Of a stretch of 64,000 bases of DNA, positions 25,386-38,585 are shown in pieces. Within the stretch, counting starts at the first letter, position 1, and every line of letters starts with the position of its first letter. The position numbers and the translations under genes are program-made. The notes under the pieces were generated by a model. That model was not told the DNA's origin. It ran no database searches and worked only from the letters and a program-made list of their open reading frames with translations. This stretch comes from Gekko japonicus (lineage: Eukaryota): NCBI RefSeq assembly GCF_001447785.1, contig NW_015173165.1, positions 478,813-542,812 on the forward strand. The letters run 5' to 3'.

Positions 25386-25539
25386 CAAGTCCCCAAAGCC
25401 GGACACCTCAAAAGACAAGGGGAAGAAGCCCAGGGTGTGGGATCTGGGGAACTCTAATGCCAAAGTACTTGATTATAGTAACTCAACTACCAATGGAAAT
25501 GCAGACGCTTGTCCTGTGGAAGAGTATGACCCAGATATG
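25386..25539 (+). CDS. SRPRA: SRPRA exon 6
   Basis: KSPKPDTSKDKGKKPRVWDLGNSNAKVLDYSNSTTNGNADACPVEEYDPDM; tag|...|gtaaga. Confidence 0.94.
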
Positions 25540-26947
25540 GTAAGATCCAAAACACTTCTGGTTGTTGTCAGAATGCAAAATACCTGCTTGAGCCCCTGGC
25601 ATGGTACTGTAGAACTGCAGTAAAATGCCTCACTCTCTACCTTTCACTCAAGTGAACCAGAGCAGCTTGCATTCCAGAAGTTTGGGATGTGTACTCTTCT
25701 CTTCACCTAATCTGGGAAGGTGCTCCAGTCAGTGGCTGAGCTGTCATATGCAAAAGTGAAACATTAATTCAGGCTGTCAGATGTGTAAGCTAACAGCACA
25801 ATCCTGTACATGCTTAGTCGGAAGCTAATGATGCTGACTGAAAAAAACAGTAACATAAGTAAGCAGTTGGAAGCTACTTTGAAGAATGTGTACATAAGAC
25901 TGCAGCCTTAGCATAGGAATTAATATCCTTGCCTGCCTTTTCCCCCTGTCTTAATGTGAACCTGTGAAACAGCTTCTGATATTTATAAAAGAATGGTGAG
26001 ACAAGGGACTTGAGGACTTGACTTTAGATGAATGGTGGGGTTCTTAAGGCCTCTCTTCCAAGAATGTTCTCATAAATGCTGTTGGAAAAACAGGCTCATT
26101 TGCCATTGTGACACAACTTAACGGCTCCTATGCACATGGCCTTAACAACCTCACTGTGTTCTTAATGCTTTTTACTTCCAGTACTATTTCTTCAGCAATT
26201 AAAGCAAAGAGTGAACAGAAATATGGACTTAATTTTTTTTTTTTTTTTAAGGGGCTGTGTGGTTTGGCAGTATGAAGTGGGATCTGCTCTTGCTCTTCTC
26301 CTTCTAAGGGAGACTCTGGGTCAAACTAGACAAGATGGTGGGGATTCCATGTTTGGAGCTCCCACTTGTTGTTTCTTTGTAAGTTACACCCAGTTGGGGA
26401 GGTCTGTTTCTGACTGGGACTGGGGGAGGCTGTATTTTTCTTCTGTGCTGTTCCTCCAACCTGAAACAAGCCTGCAGAGATGCTGTTTCCCATGGGGGAA
26501 TACATACGGACCCCCTTATGCTGCCTGCACCTTTGCTCTTCTTTGGAACTGTTTCAGGTCTGGAAACTGGCACCCAAGTGTGCGTAGCCCCTGTAGCCCC
26601 AATCTGAATCAGTCTCCAGTACTCCTTTTATTTTCAAAGAAAAAAAGTTTTTGGAGTTCTGAACACAGAATTCCTGGCATCTCATCTGGGCGGTTTCTGA
26701 TGTAGGAAGCAGAGCCAAGGACTCTGGAATGTCTTCAGCTGACCATGAATTCTCATTGAGAGAAAGAGAGAGAGAAAGAGAAGCAGCACAGTGTACTCCT
26801 AACTCTTGGAAACAGGGTACAGATGCAGGGCCCACTCTCCAGAATATCCCTTTGAGAAGTAATTAATACTGTTCACTTGGGTTCATGTGCGAACATGGGA
26901 GTGGGATGTATGTTGACTCCCAGATTTCTCTCTTTCCCCCAATTCAG

Positions 26948-27054
26948 GTCCTTGCGGATCCTGACCGTGAGCCTGGCCGTCTCCGTGATCTGGAATATGA
27001 GAGTGAAGAAGAAACCGAAGAAGAGAAGGTGGTTCACAACTCTTCAAGTGCCAG
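26948..27054 (+). CDS. SRPRA: SRPRA exon 7
   Basis: VLADPDREPGRLRDLEYESEEETEEEKVVHNSSSA, acidic linker; cag|...|gtgagg; phases fit. Confidence 0.9.
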
Positions 27055-27823
27055 GTGAGGCCCCTCTGGCCCTTTGGGCGCATCCCACATTCCCATTTCT
27101 AAAGTGCCCCCAGTTGCTCTGTGTGTAGCTTCTGTGCCAGAGGTACTGGCTGAAGAATGAAGGAAGGTGGGGGTAGGAATAGAATAAATAATAATGGGCA
27201 TCTCCCCCCCCCCCGATCCTGTAGAGTTCTGATCCTGATATCACCCAGATGTACCCAGTATTTTTCACTAACATAATAACTCCTTTCCAAAAAAAAGCAC
27301 CAGTTGGATAGATTCTGCCCAAGATACACACAGCACTGCTTGAATGCAAGTTTTGCATGGCCATGAAACTTAACTAGCTGTTGTCCCTGGGAAGTTAATT
27401 CCCTGATCTTTTATTTTGTTCTCATGAAATGAGTTGGGTTTGCTTTGTGCTTCACTGCAGACCTTGGCAAACGGGGAATCAATTGTGCCTTTAAGTCTGA
27501 CTCCTAGGACCCTCTGTTGTAAAGAGTGCATGTTTGTTGCAAACAAAGAAGCTAGGTAAACCAAAGGCCTCACTTTTTTGTGCAAAGAGGTACTTACTTA
27601 ACACACACACCCCTGTGCTGTACTGCAGCTAGGATTCAGTTGAATACTGCTAAGGCCATCTTTTTACCAAGCCCATTATCAGATGTTCATGCAGACACTG
27701 CATACAAAGAGCTGTGGTGGTTTTTTGAAGGTCAAGAGGAACCGAATACTGTCTTGGTCTTCATCTCATGCCTGGTTTCTTCATAAAGCCATGTGATGCG
27801 TAACAGCACCTTTTCCTTTCCAG

Positions 27824-27942
27824 CGTTAAGAAAGGTGGCCTTGGAGGCATGTTTGGGATGCTGAAAGGCCTTGTGGGCTCTAAAAGTTTAACCAGAGAGG
27901 ACATGGACCCTGTGCTGGAGAAGATGAAGGATCACCTGATTG
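27824..27942 (+). CDS. SRPRA: SRPRA exon 8
   Basis: VKKGGLGGMFGMLKGLVGSKSLTREDMDPVLEKMKDHLI; cag|...|gtaagt. Confidence 0.96.
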
Positions 27943-29172
27943 GTAAGTTTCTGTGTACCTCTGGAAGGACACACGCCTAAGCTGACTTGGGCTGTCCGTT
28001 GCCATGGTGGTTCAGGCATTCTGTCCATCTCACCTGCATTGTAACCGAGGGGGAACTGTGTCTCATTCATTTCATAGGGCAAAATAGAAGAGAAACCCTT
28101 ACTCAGCTGAGTTTTAGAAGTGTGGTACTTCCTGATGGTTCAGTTGTTAGATGGAAGACAAGAGAAAGGGAGGAGGGAGAGATAACAGGGATAAATGGGG
28201 ATGGCTGACTGCATAATTTGTGGTGTGGGTAATCCCCAAGATGGTGATGAAATGCATTCCAAATAGCATTCCAAGACTCTTCTTGATCCATTTCCTCAAC
28301 ACACTTCCTCTTCTTCTTCTTACCAAGTCAGTCAGATGTCTCATCTCAGAATATATGTTGGTGGTTGTTTTGGCCTTCTGTGCTGTCAAAATTAGCCCTT
28401 TGGCAGTCCCAGCCACTTGTATCATCCAGGCACACTGGGTACAGACTATACTATAAACAGACATCCCTAGCACAGAATGTTAAAATATACAGACTGTGCC
28501 TAATACAAGCTGGTTTATTTTCAGAATCTCTATTGTCCATGTAGGTCAAGTGAGCCTTCAATTCCCTGCCTCCAGTAGCAGTCTAAATGGACTTTTGGGG
28601 GTAATAGACCCTATGAGAGCATTCAGTTGTTACCTAATGAAGCGTATGTGCTGCTAAATATTTACACGAGCAGATCAGATGAGTTGCCAAGCATACAGGG
28701 ATCCTTTCCTCTCATGTGAGATCAGTAATGCCTTCTGACCAATACGGCCACCCACCTGAATCTGCCTTCTGTACCTGTCATATGTCTCCCTTAAGAGTTG
28801 ATACGTCATACTTCCTCTGAGGAGCTTAAACCGCATGGGAATGCCCTGCAATGACTACCTTAACTTCAGCACCATGCAGTGAGCAGCTGTCTTCTAAAGA
28901 GGAGCAAGATTGCTCAGAACTGGGAATGCCCGGTTCAAATCTCCAAGGAGCTGCAAATTTCACAGAATGCATGTGGACAGTTCAGCTCGCAGACTAACCA
29001 GCTAAATCACATTAATGTGTGGCTGAATGCCATCCTCGGCTCCTTGGAGGGAGGGTGGGCTGCAAACGTCTATCTACAAATCATTAGGAAGCACGTAAGC
29101 AAATCTCTCTCCAAACTGTCTGAACTAGTATTGTTAAAACCTTAATTCACTTGGTTTTCTCTCTTCCTAAAG

Positions 29173-29259
29173 CCAAGAATGTTGCAGCTGACATTGCCGT
29201 CCAGCTCTGTGAATCGGTTGCTAAGAAACTGGAAGGCAAAGTGATGGGCACCTTCACCA
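29173..29259 (+). CDS. SRPRA: SRPRA exon 9
   Basis: AKNVAADIAVQLCESVAKKLEGKVMGTFT; aag|...|gtaaga. Confidence 0.95.
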
Positions 29260-30271
29260 GTAAGACTTGCGTCTCTCCGTGAAGTGTATCTCTACTGCAG
29301 TCCTATTACATTGCTTTCCTCAGATACATACATACCAAACAACATTCACAGATTCCAGAGCCTTGTAGTATGGTGCAGGGATACCCAAAGTACAGCCATA
29401 AATTTGTACACCCAATCCTTGCAATTTTTTTCAATTTTCAAAAAAAAGAGAGTTGTTGTTGGTGAATGGGTTCTGGAGCTCCGTGATGTCACACGCACAA
29501 AGATGGATGTTCATATGACATGTTACACTATATGTGAGTTGGTGGGTGTATTCATGGGCCCATTGCACGTACAGTATTTCTAGAAAGCTGCCCAGCTATG
29601 CAGTGGTCTGTCTTCACTTTATTTCAGTAATGTTGTTGTGGTCATCTGTATCAGTCTGGGTTCCCGCACATTCACCATTGATCCAGTTTCATAGAAGAAA
29701 GGTCTTTAGCCAAAGAGATTTACTTGCAAATCATGGTGTTAATCTAGCAGCACGTCATCTTGGGCTTTATTAATTTTTTTCCCCTCAAAGCAACCTTTCA
29801 AAGTTTTTTGCTTGCTTGAGCTAGGCTCCAGTTGACACGGGCAACTCTTGGTGCTGGTGGGATAGGAAGAAATACTTCTAATCAGATTTGCCCAGTGGCT
29901 GTCTGTTTCCCTGTGGTTGAGAAATGCCTCTGGAATTGGGGTGTGTGTGTGTCTATGACAGCACATTGGTGCAACATTTTATGAAGGTTAATCATCATCT
30001 TATCACTAGTGGGTGGGACTTCCTCTGCTGAGGGAATTCTCTGTGGGCAGGGGATTCTCAGGCAAAGAGTGCTATGACTGTCTGGAACTTTGTAGCCACT
30101 TAATATGTAGCCAAAGCAAGCGAAAAACAAAACAGCTGCAAAAGCAGCATTACTGCAGAAATGTGTCATGGCTGGCAAGAGAAGCCAAAAGGGTTTACTG
30201 ACAATCTGAGCAGGTCATGAATACCAGGCTGCCCCGTGTGGTAGCCACGACGTGTTTTTCTGAAGTGTAAC

Positions 30272-30804
30272 TGTGACGTCCTTGTGACAATAAGTCCTTA
30301 TTGGGGAGGACTAGTTTCACTTTAAAAGTTCACTTTATTTTTCTTTACTGGGTAGATTCTGCTGCCACCAGGAAATTTTAAGGATTTCCAAACCTTTATG
30401 CTTTTACTTTGGCTCTTACTAGTTTGGTAGACCGAGTTTTAAGGCTTACGAGGGACTATGTGGTCCTGGGAAGTATTTCGTTCATAGCTGGTATAAACTT
30501 GAATAAAAGAGGATTTATTGAAATAAATATTAAATAAGAGGGTGATACAAGGTAACTAGTAATGTGTAAATGATGTACAATTGCTTTGGTATCACACTCA
30601 ATCTTATCCCTCACTGACAGGGATCTTTGCATGTAACTTTGTAACATCTGCTTATCTCAATGCCATATATGTTCACTGTTTCACTCCAGTTAGTTAGGAC
30701 ACTCAGACTTTCCTTTAACTGTTCTTCACTTAAACTTAACTTTACTTTTTCCTATACAATCAGCTTTTAGCTCTCATTCTCTTTCTCACTGAACAACCGC
30801 AGCT
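30272..30804. mobile_element. LTR of the same family as 11483, running into the N gap
   Basis: Starts tgtgacgtc; colinear similarity to 11483-11960 (e.g. gctgccaccaggaaattt, ttccaaacctttat). Confidence 0.8.
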
Positions 30805-31423
30805 NNNNNNNNNNNNNNNNNNNNNNNNNNNNNNNNNNNNNNNNNNNNNNNNNNNNNNNNNNNNNNNNNNNNNNNNNNNNNNNNNNNNNNNNNNNNNNNN
30901 NNNNNNNNNNNNNNNNNNNNNNNNNNNNNNNNNNNNNNNNNNNNNNNNNNNNNNNNNNNNNNNNNNNNNNNNNNNNNNNNNNNNNNNNNNNNNNNNNNNN
31001 NNNNNNNNNNNNNNNNNNNNNNNNNNNNNNNNNNNNNNNNNNNNNNNNNNNNNNNNNNNNNNNNNNNNNNNNNNNNNNNNNNNNNNNNNNNNNNNNNNNN
31101 NNNNNNNNNNNNNNNNNNNNNNNNNNNNNNNNNNNNNNNNNNNNNNNNNNNNNNNNNNNNNNNNNNNNNNNNNNNNNNNNNNNNNNNNNNNNNNNNNNNN
31201 NNNNNNNNNNNNNNNNNNNNNNNNNNNNNNNNNNNNNNNNNNNNNNNNNNNNNNNNNNNNNNNNNNNNNNNNNNNNNNNNNNNNNNNNNNNNNNNNNNNN
31301 NNNNNNNNNNNNNNNNNNNNNNNNNNNNNNNNNNNNNNNNNNNNNNNNNNNNNNNNNNNNNNNNNNNNNNNNNNNNNNNNNNNNNNNNNNNNNNNNNNNN
31401 NNNNNNNNNNNNNNNNNNNNNNN
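30805..31423. other. Assembly gap hiding the start of SRPRA exon 10
   Basis: Run of N. Confidence 1.
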
Positions 31424-31530
31424 GTGTAGATGTCTTGCGCGATGTGATGGATGCCCAGCGCCACCGCCGACCCTATGTTATCACTTTCTGTGGGGTCAAT
31501 GGAGTTGGGAAGTCGACCAACTTGGCCAAG
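31424..31530 (+). CDS. SRPRA: SRPRA exon 10, visible 3' part (5' part in N gap)
   Basis: [35 protein letters not shown] (P-loop); |gtactt; starts right after the Ns. Confidence 0.94.
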
Positions 31531-32593
31531 GTACTTAGAAGGCCCTGCACGCGTTGGGGACGGGTGCTCTTCTTTTTCCCTAACTGTTCTTCTGTCTGAT
31601 GTTGAAAGTGAGGCGATAGCTGTAAGTAGGATCCCCCGATGTAAGGTTTACATAATTTAACAGGTCATGCTAATACTCGTGCTTTGCCTCAGTACTGTTT
31701 TCAAATTTCTGGTTGGTTCCCAATTTCTGCAATCCAGATCCTATTGCATTGTTTATTGGATGTCCCATCCTGTTGATTATATTGACTTACACCGTGCAGG
31801 CTGTCTTGAGTCCCAGTGAGAAAGGTGGACTATGAACAATGTTGGGACTTGGTCAGGTGACATACCGTCATGTCCCGTGGGTGGGCAGACAGTGACCTAC
31901 ATTCCCATAGGAAGCTTTGTTACTCAGCCCTCAAGTCCTTGACAAGAATCCCCAGGGTCTCAGCTTTTAAAACTTGACTCGATACGGCGTAGCTGTCACT
32001 GTGCTGCCAGATCCATAGTATACCTACCCCTCAGCTTTTATGCTTATTTTCATAGACAAAAGGCTGATTCTCATCCGTATATTCATCGCTTGTTGACTGT
32101 AGCGCAGCCTTGATGACCCGCATGTGTGAATGGGCTGTTGCAAATTAAACAACACAGATGCACCTCTCTCACCAGGGGCTGGCTCAGAAAGCTTGCGCTT
32201 CAGTGGAGATGATTCATGCATTTGGCTGAGAGGCGTCTAGTAATCAAGCAGTGTGCATGTATGTATCAACCAGCCCACAACAGAGAACTTAAAACCATTT
32301 CCGTTAACATCTTACTGCTGCTTGTCAGACCTCCCCAGGCTGTGCCAGTGTTTCCAGTTTCCCTTTCTAGCAACGAAGACTAGAAATCTGCGATAAATGA
32401 AGCGAAAGCTGAGGTCCTTGGGATGCCGGATATCTGCATCTAGTACCAAAATCCAGACCTGAACAGCAGAGGTGCTGGATATATGCAGCCTCGTGTGTTG
32501 CTAGACGTAGAAGGAAGGTGCCATGGTTATGTCCTATTTAGATGCTGGGGAGTTGCCCGCATCAGGGGTAATGTTCTTCTGTTCATCCCTCAG

Positions 32594-32807
32594 ATTTCTT
32601 TCTGGCTGATTGAAAACGGGTTCAGTGTCCTTATTGCCGCCTGTGATACGTTCCGTGCTGGAGCTGTGGAGCAGCTGCGCACTCACACTCGCCGCCTGAA
32701 TGCATTGCACCCACCGGAGAATCACAGCGGCCACACCATGGTGCAGCTGTACGAGAAGGGATATGGGAAGGATGCTGCTGGGATTGCCATGGAGGCCATT
32801 GCATATG
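32594..32807 (+). CDS. SRPRA: SRPRA exon 11
   Basis: ISFWLIENGFSVLIAACDTFRAGAVEQLRTH...YEKGYGKDAAGIAMEAIAY; cag|...|gtaagg. Confidence 0.97.
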
Positions 32808-33814
32808 GTAAGGCCATCCCCTGCCCCTTGGGTCCAGTCCTTTCATGTCTTGCCACCCATCCTGAGTCACCACGTGCCTGTGGCTGAAGATTCCCCACAC
32901 ACACACCATTTCTGGGGAATCGGGGGTAGCCCCAATGCTGAGCGTTCTCTCAGCCACTTGGAAGTAGGTGTCGGGAGGGGGGTGAAGAAAGGCTCCTCTC
33001 CTCCCATCTATCCCCAGCCTTTTTTTCCTCCTCTGTAGGCGGAGTCAGCCATGATTTCTACTCTGCATAACCTGTCACTTGGCTGTGGTCTAACAGGTTT
33101 TCAAACCCAGACTGGCCAAAATCGGTCAGTGTAACAGCTGTTTGCTTGGTGTTATTCCCAACCTCAATTGCTGGAAACATCTGTGCTTGAAAAATTTGTT
33201 TTATCAAATATTCAGCATTCTGAGAATTTCAATGAACTTTTTAAGAAGCGTGTAACCAGGCCTTCTGACTGTGAAGATAAGGCTGAGAACTTCTGGGCAA
33301 TGCCTAGTACAAATCCTGAACCCAGGCAAAGACGATAAAATAACACTGAAACCCACAAGATATCAGAATAAAGTATTCATAGACCTGCAGAGCTGTTCAT
33401 TTCTAAATCGCAGCATGTTCCAGGAACAAGAATTTGGGGTGCAAGTAGTTGTATACATTCAGTGCTACGTATAAATAGCTGTGAATGCTACTGTTTCCTA
33501 AACCTGGTATTGCAGAAATTATGGTATTTTGGGGGGGGGGGGAGTGAAACACCCTGTCTTGCTTACACTGAGATAGATAGGCAGGAATCCTTCTTTGCAG
33601 TAAGAAATGGTTAGTGATTTTGGACATAAACTCCCTTTGAAAAGTAACGCAACCCAGGCACAATGGCAAAATGCAGATCAGGTATTCGATGTCTCAGTTG
33701 TACAACATGTCAAAACAAATCTCCAGGTACACCCTTTAAAAGTAGTAGCCTTACATTTCCCCCAACTGTTACTTCATGTTTATTCCTCCTCACCTGCATG
33801 CCCCTTCTTTACAG

Positions 33815-33978
33815 CACGTAACCAAGGATTTGATGTCGTCTTGGTGGACACCGCTGGCCGTATGCAAGACAACGCCCCCTTGATGACAGCTCTGGCCAAA
33901 CTTATTGCGGTCAACACCCCTGACCTCGTCTTGTTTGTGGGAGAGGCCTTGGTGGGAAATGAGGCTGTGGATCAGCTG
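33815..33978 (+). CDS. SRPRA: SRPRA exon 12
   Basis: [55 protein letters not shown]; cag|...|gttagt. Confidence 0.97.
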
Positions 33979-34131
33979 GTTAGTTCCTGAGCTCAATTTG
34001 CATGAAACACAAACTGGAGAGATGAAAAACTCTTGGAGGGCTGCTTCCCACGGCACCTTTTTTTAAACACACACACATATGAATGAAGTGATATATTTTA
34101 CACAGTGTGTTTTGCAAGTAGATGTACCAGG

Positions 34132-34705
34132 TAGAGATGTGGAGGCCCGGAAAAAAACCGGAACAATTCGGAAAAAGAAAAGAAAAAAAAATTGATTGTG
34201 GAACATTTTATTTTAACATGATGAATAAAATATTTTAAGACAATGTGTTCAAATATTTCCCAAATCATTTCTTAAAAATATGTATGGTATCAGATTGATC
34301 TAATTTCTGTGCACGGAGGACAAGCAAATCCTAGGTTACAAATTGAACTCTCCAATGCAAGAACAAGATGCATTTCTTCCTTTAGGAGGTGCTATTGTCA
34401 CAAGAAAATAAAAAGGTTTCAGTTTTGTTTTTGCATGTGGGAGGGTATTCTGTTTGTAATAATTGTTTGGATACACTATATTTTTAATATGCTAGTTGTG
34501 ATAATTTCATGCCAAGTAAAAATGTCCATAGTCATATTTTATGTTCCTAAAGTAACAGAATGACTTTCAATCTAGAAAAGACAAAAGAAATGCTAATGTA
34601 GCATTTTTTTCAATTTTTCCGAAAATTTCCGTTTTTTCCCGTAAAAAAACGGGGAAAAGGGGGGGGGTTCCGAGCTTCAAAATTTCCAGAAATTTTACAT
34701 CACTA
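34132..34705. mobile_element. Non-autonomous hAT-type element
   Basis: TIRs tagagatgt...acatcacta; subterminal cggaaaa repeats; 8-bp TSD gtaccagg. Confidence 0.88.
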
Positions 34706-34863
34706 GTACCAGGAAGCATGGGGGTGTGGTCAATTCTGAGCACCCTGCATATGTGCATGTACTCACAAGCACGCTTGTTCATGCTAGGAGAGATGTTCAT
34801 TCAACCGGCCGTTGATGTGTGAGAACTCTCTCAGGCTCATGTCCTGTTTGCTTCTTTCAACAG

Positions 34864-34962
34864 GTCAAATTTAACAAGGCCCTCGCTGATCACTCTATGG
34901 CTCAGACCCCACGCCTCATTGACGGGATCGTGCTCACTAAGTTTGACACTATAGATGACAAG
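34864..34962 (+). CDS. SRPRA: SRPRA exon 13
   Basis: VKFNKALADHSMAQTPRLIDGIVLTKFDTIDDK; cag|...|gtaaac. Confidence 0.97.
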
Positions 34963-36257
34963 GTAAACAAAGCCCAACTTATTTGCATCAGGGTGGAAGG
35001 GGTAACCCTTGTTTCTTTGCATCTTTAAACAAACAAACCTGTGTTTTGTATGGCTTTGAGAGTCTTGGATCTGTGTAGGCAGCATCTTGAGAAGGCCGGG
35101 GAATGAAAGGAGGGCTGAAAAAGGGGCTTTTGAGCAGTCATGGAGTGTGGACTCCTTGGTGCCCTAGCTGCTTTACGTGGGGCTGTTCCTTGTCCAAGAG
35201 GATGGCAGAGCATGTCTGCAGGGCAGACTGAAGGCCGCAAGTTGAATAATAATGCCTTTTACTGTTACCTGATGTATTTCAGACCTTTAGGTGCATCATC
35301 AGGGAGTTTAAAAAATCCATAGAAAATGTCCCGTTTTAATTGGCAAAAAGCGCCATTGTTACTAGTTCATAATTCATTCCATGGACATTTTTAATAAATG
35401 TATTCTAAGAACTGTTACAGGTTGTGAGAGGCATTGGATTAACAGTGGAGGATTTATTAATAATTTGTATTGCATCCTGGGGGCTTATCTCTCTTGTTTT
35501 GGGGTGTTCTTTGTCACCTGATCCTTTGGATCATCTACCTGGATGTAGTCTTGCTGTGATGCAGTCATTATATTAAAGTTCCAAAAGGGCTGGCCTGGAC
35601 CCAGCAGTGCTGCGGGGGGGAGGGTCCCAGCCCCTCCACACCAGCTGATAAACTCTTTCTGATTCATGCTTCTGAGATTCGGCAACAGCTGGCTGTGGGA
35701 GACATTAAAACTGGAAGGCAGACAATCATGTTCTGTGCCTTTCATGAGCTTGTAAATCAATATGCTATCCCTTTTTCCTTAAAAAAAGAATTTTGAAATA
35801 ATTACGCAGAATGAATTGATTTACACTGTTTATTCTGTTTACGTTATTGCCCAGTGTCAGATGGGGCAGGCATGTTTCCCACAGCTGTCCTAGGGCCCAT
35901 ATGCTCTTTTTCCTTCGGGTTTCCTGTCCCTAATGAAGCTAGTGGAGTTGATATACATTGTGCAATACTTGAACAGGATTATATGATAAGGAAGTGTTCC
36001 CGGGAGGCAAGGAATCTCTAACGTGTTTGTGGTCACTGGCCTTATGGCAGCCCCACATGGTGAGAGAGATGTAGCCTCAGAATAATAAAGTGCCATAGAA
36101 GGAATCGTATTTTCTCTCTGTCTTGCCGCATTGAATATTTATGTAAGAATAATCAGTAGCCATCCGGCACAGCCTTACTGTGCAAAGTCACGTGAACTTG
36201 TTCTGATTTTGTTGTGTCTGTTGACAGCAGCTAATGAGCGCTCTATTCCTTTTGCAG

Positions 36258-36386
36258 GTCGGTGCTGCAATCTCTATGACATACATCACTAGCAAACCAA
36301 TAGTGTTTGTTGGTACCGGACAAACCTACTGTGACCTGCGTAGCCTTAATGCCAAGGCTGTGGTTGCTGCTCTCATGAAAGCCTAG
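36258..36386 (+). CDS. SRPRA: SRPRA exon 14, coding part
   Basis: VGAAISMTYITSKPIVFVGTGQTYCDLRSLNAKAVVAALMKA, then TAG. Confidence 0.97.
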   Translation, partial: VGAAISMTYITSKPIVFVGTGQTYCDLRSLNAKAVVAALMKA

Positions 36387-37960
36387 CCACCAGTTATTGC
36401 ACCAAATTCTTGTTTGCAGATGTCCCAAGTCCTCTTATTTTATTTTTCCTGGCATAGTGCAAAACAGAGTGGGGGGGGGGACACTAGAGGAAGGAGCTGC
36501 TGCTTTGGTCCTTCCCCAACAAGTTCTTCCTCTTGGTTTTCAGTAACGCACACTTTCCTTTATGTAATGAGTGGATTTAATTTGACCAGGGAGGTGCCTG
36601 TCTTAAATCATGTTCTACTGATTTAAAATTATCCATGCTGGTATCAGAGCAGTTCCAGTTCTGATATCAGAGCAGGCTGGGACTGGTCTGTGCTGATTCT
36701 CTTTCGCAGACTATCCATGCTGGCCACACACATTGGCACTAGGTTTTGGGAGTTTTGGGGAGGGGGGGTTCTTGTTCCGACTAGCATTCATTGGCAACAG
36801 AAACCACAGGGTTAATGCAGCCAGCCAGCCAGCCTTCTTCCCTGGTCTCCTTTCATTCTACTTGCAGAGGTGAAACTAAGAGCTTTGTATTGTTCATCCC
36901 AGTTACTGGGTGTTATAAAGGCTGGGGGGGGGGGTTGCTCTGCCACTAACTAAGCATTTAAAATGTAGCTGAGGTTCTTTTTGTGCTTCTGCAACCACTT
37001 TAAGAATGTGCTTCAGAAAGCACTCTGGGGGAGTTGCCTTGGCCTGTGTCCTAGCAGTAAATTGGCTGCCGTTGGTGGTGCTGTAGAGTGGATCTAGATG
37101 CTGCCTACTGCCAGTTCTAGTGGATCAAGCACAACACTTGCTGCTTGCTTTCATCGTAGTAACTCACCAAAGCTTTCAAACCAAAAAAAGGGGGGGGGAT
37201 TGAAATGGTGAGTCCTGCTGCTTATAGAGGGGCTTTGGGAGGGGGGGGCATTGATGCCTTAAACAGTCTTGCTTCCCACAGGCAGTGGGACTCTCCATAG
37301 CAGGGCTGTCCAGATATTGCCCCAGACTGTGGCATTTGCAAAGTGTGGGTCCTTGCAGGCTGTTTCTAATAATTATCTCTTCACCTGATCAGAGAGCTGC
37401 TTCTTGTTGGCATCTCTTTTATTGGACAAAACCCAGGCTGAGTCACACAGCTGTTGTGCACCTCCAGGGGTGTACACAGCCGCGCTTGGGCTGAATGTGT
37501 CCCTAGTTCACTGTTGAGGATAAGCCGTAATTATGCACGCCGCACCCAGTGGCTGGTTTGTACAACTGAAGCTTGTGGTCAAAATGGAACAAGTTGGATG
37601 CCCTCCTTACCCCTCTAACCCTGCAGAGTCCAATCCAAGTAAGGGGAGGGGGAATACATATCTGGCCCCAAGAGGATTTGTGTGAATGGACCCCAGTTCC
37701 GATATCAGTGGAGGCTGGGACTGGTCTGTGTCGATTTTCCTTTGTGAAGGCTTCTGTAACTTTACACCAAACCTTATTTCAGCAGCAGAGGTCCTGATAC
37801 AAAATGGTTAGCACAAAGTATTTGCATGCTTCCCTTAGCTGCACTGGCTTCTTTTTGCTTTTCCAAACAAGTCTGTGAAAGGAAATTCCTGGTGGGAAAA
37901 CGCTGGTGGCTGCCTGCTGCTTTTCTCCCTCCTCCCTTCAGAGTGCCTCTCGATCCTGGT

Positions 37961-38092
37961 AATAAAAGTGCTATGTTGGGTAATACAAAACTCTTATGAA
38001 GATGTCTCGTAGCTTGGTATTGCAGATGTGCTATCTAGTGCAATAAGTTGAATGCTGTCTGCTAAAAAAAAAGAAGTAATTTATATAATAAA
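37961..38092 (+). terminator. Candidate SRPRA polyadenylation signals
   Basis: AATAAA at 37961-37966 and 38087-38092, the latter followed by a T/GT-rich stretch. Confidence 0.55.
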
Positions 38093-38585
38093 AATCGATT
38101 TAAAAACTTTTGCCGTGTCCTTGGTCAGCAAAAGCAGCGGTAACAGAGAAACCCAACAAATAATCACCGGGGTATTTTAATTATCCTTTATGAAGCGGCT
38201 GTCTACTGGATTAAGATGTTGGTCCCTCTAGCCTACTCCTGCTCTTCCAGCACTTCATATATCTGATAAACTGGTGGTGCACAGGGACTGAATCTGTATG
38301 CTACTGCATGTAAAATGAGCTATACAGCCTTTCCCTGTTCCAGCAAATCCTATATTCTCAGTCCCTCTCTTCACCCAGGGGAGTGGTCAATTTTCTGCTG
38401 CGACCAGTACTATACTGAACTCTTCCTAAGGGTTTAATGGAGAAAGTTCCCTGAAGGTAAACATGTTAAAAATCGCTCATATATATTTGACTCTGGCTTG
38501 GGAAAATAAGCTGTGCTGTCTTTACGGTCGGCTAGATTGGATACCTTCAAGGAGCTCTCCCACTCAAGAGACAAATGAACAGCTT

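Larger units (their letters stand above)
18680..36386 (+). other. SRPRA: SRPRA gene span, ATG to stop (signal recognition particle receptor subunit alpha)
   Basis: N-terminus MLDFFTIFSKGGLVLWCFQG; SRP-GTPase motifs [28 protein letters not shown]. Confidence 0.98.

Noticed and set aside
31424-31530. Apparently truncated SRPRA exon 10 suggesting a pseudogene
   Set aside because: The missing part coincides with the N gap; all other exons are intact
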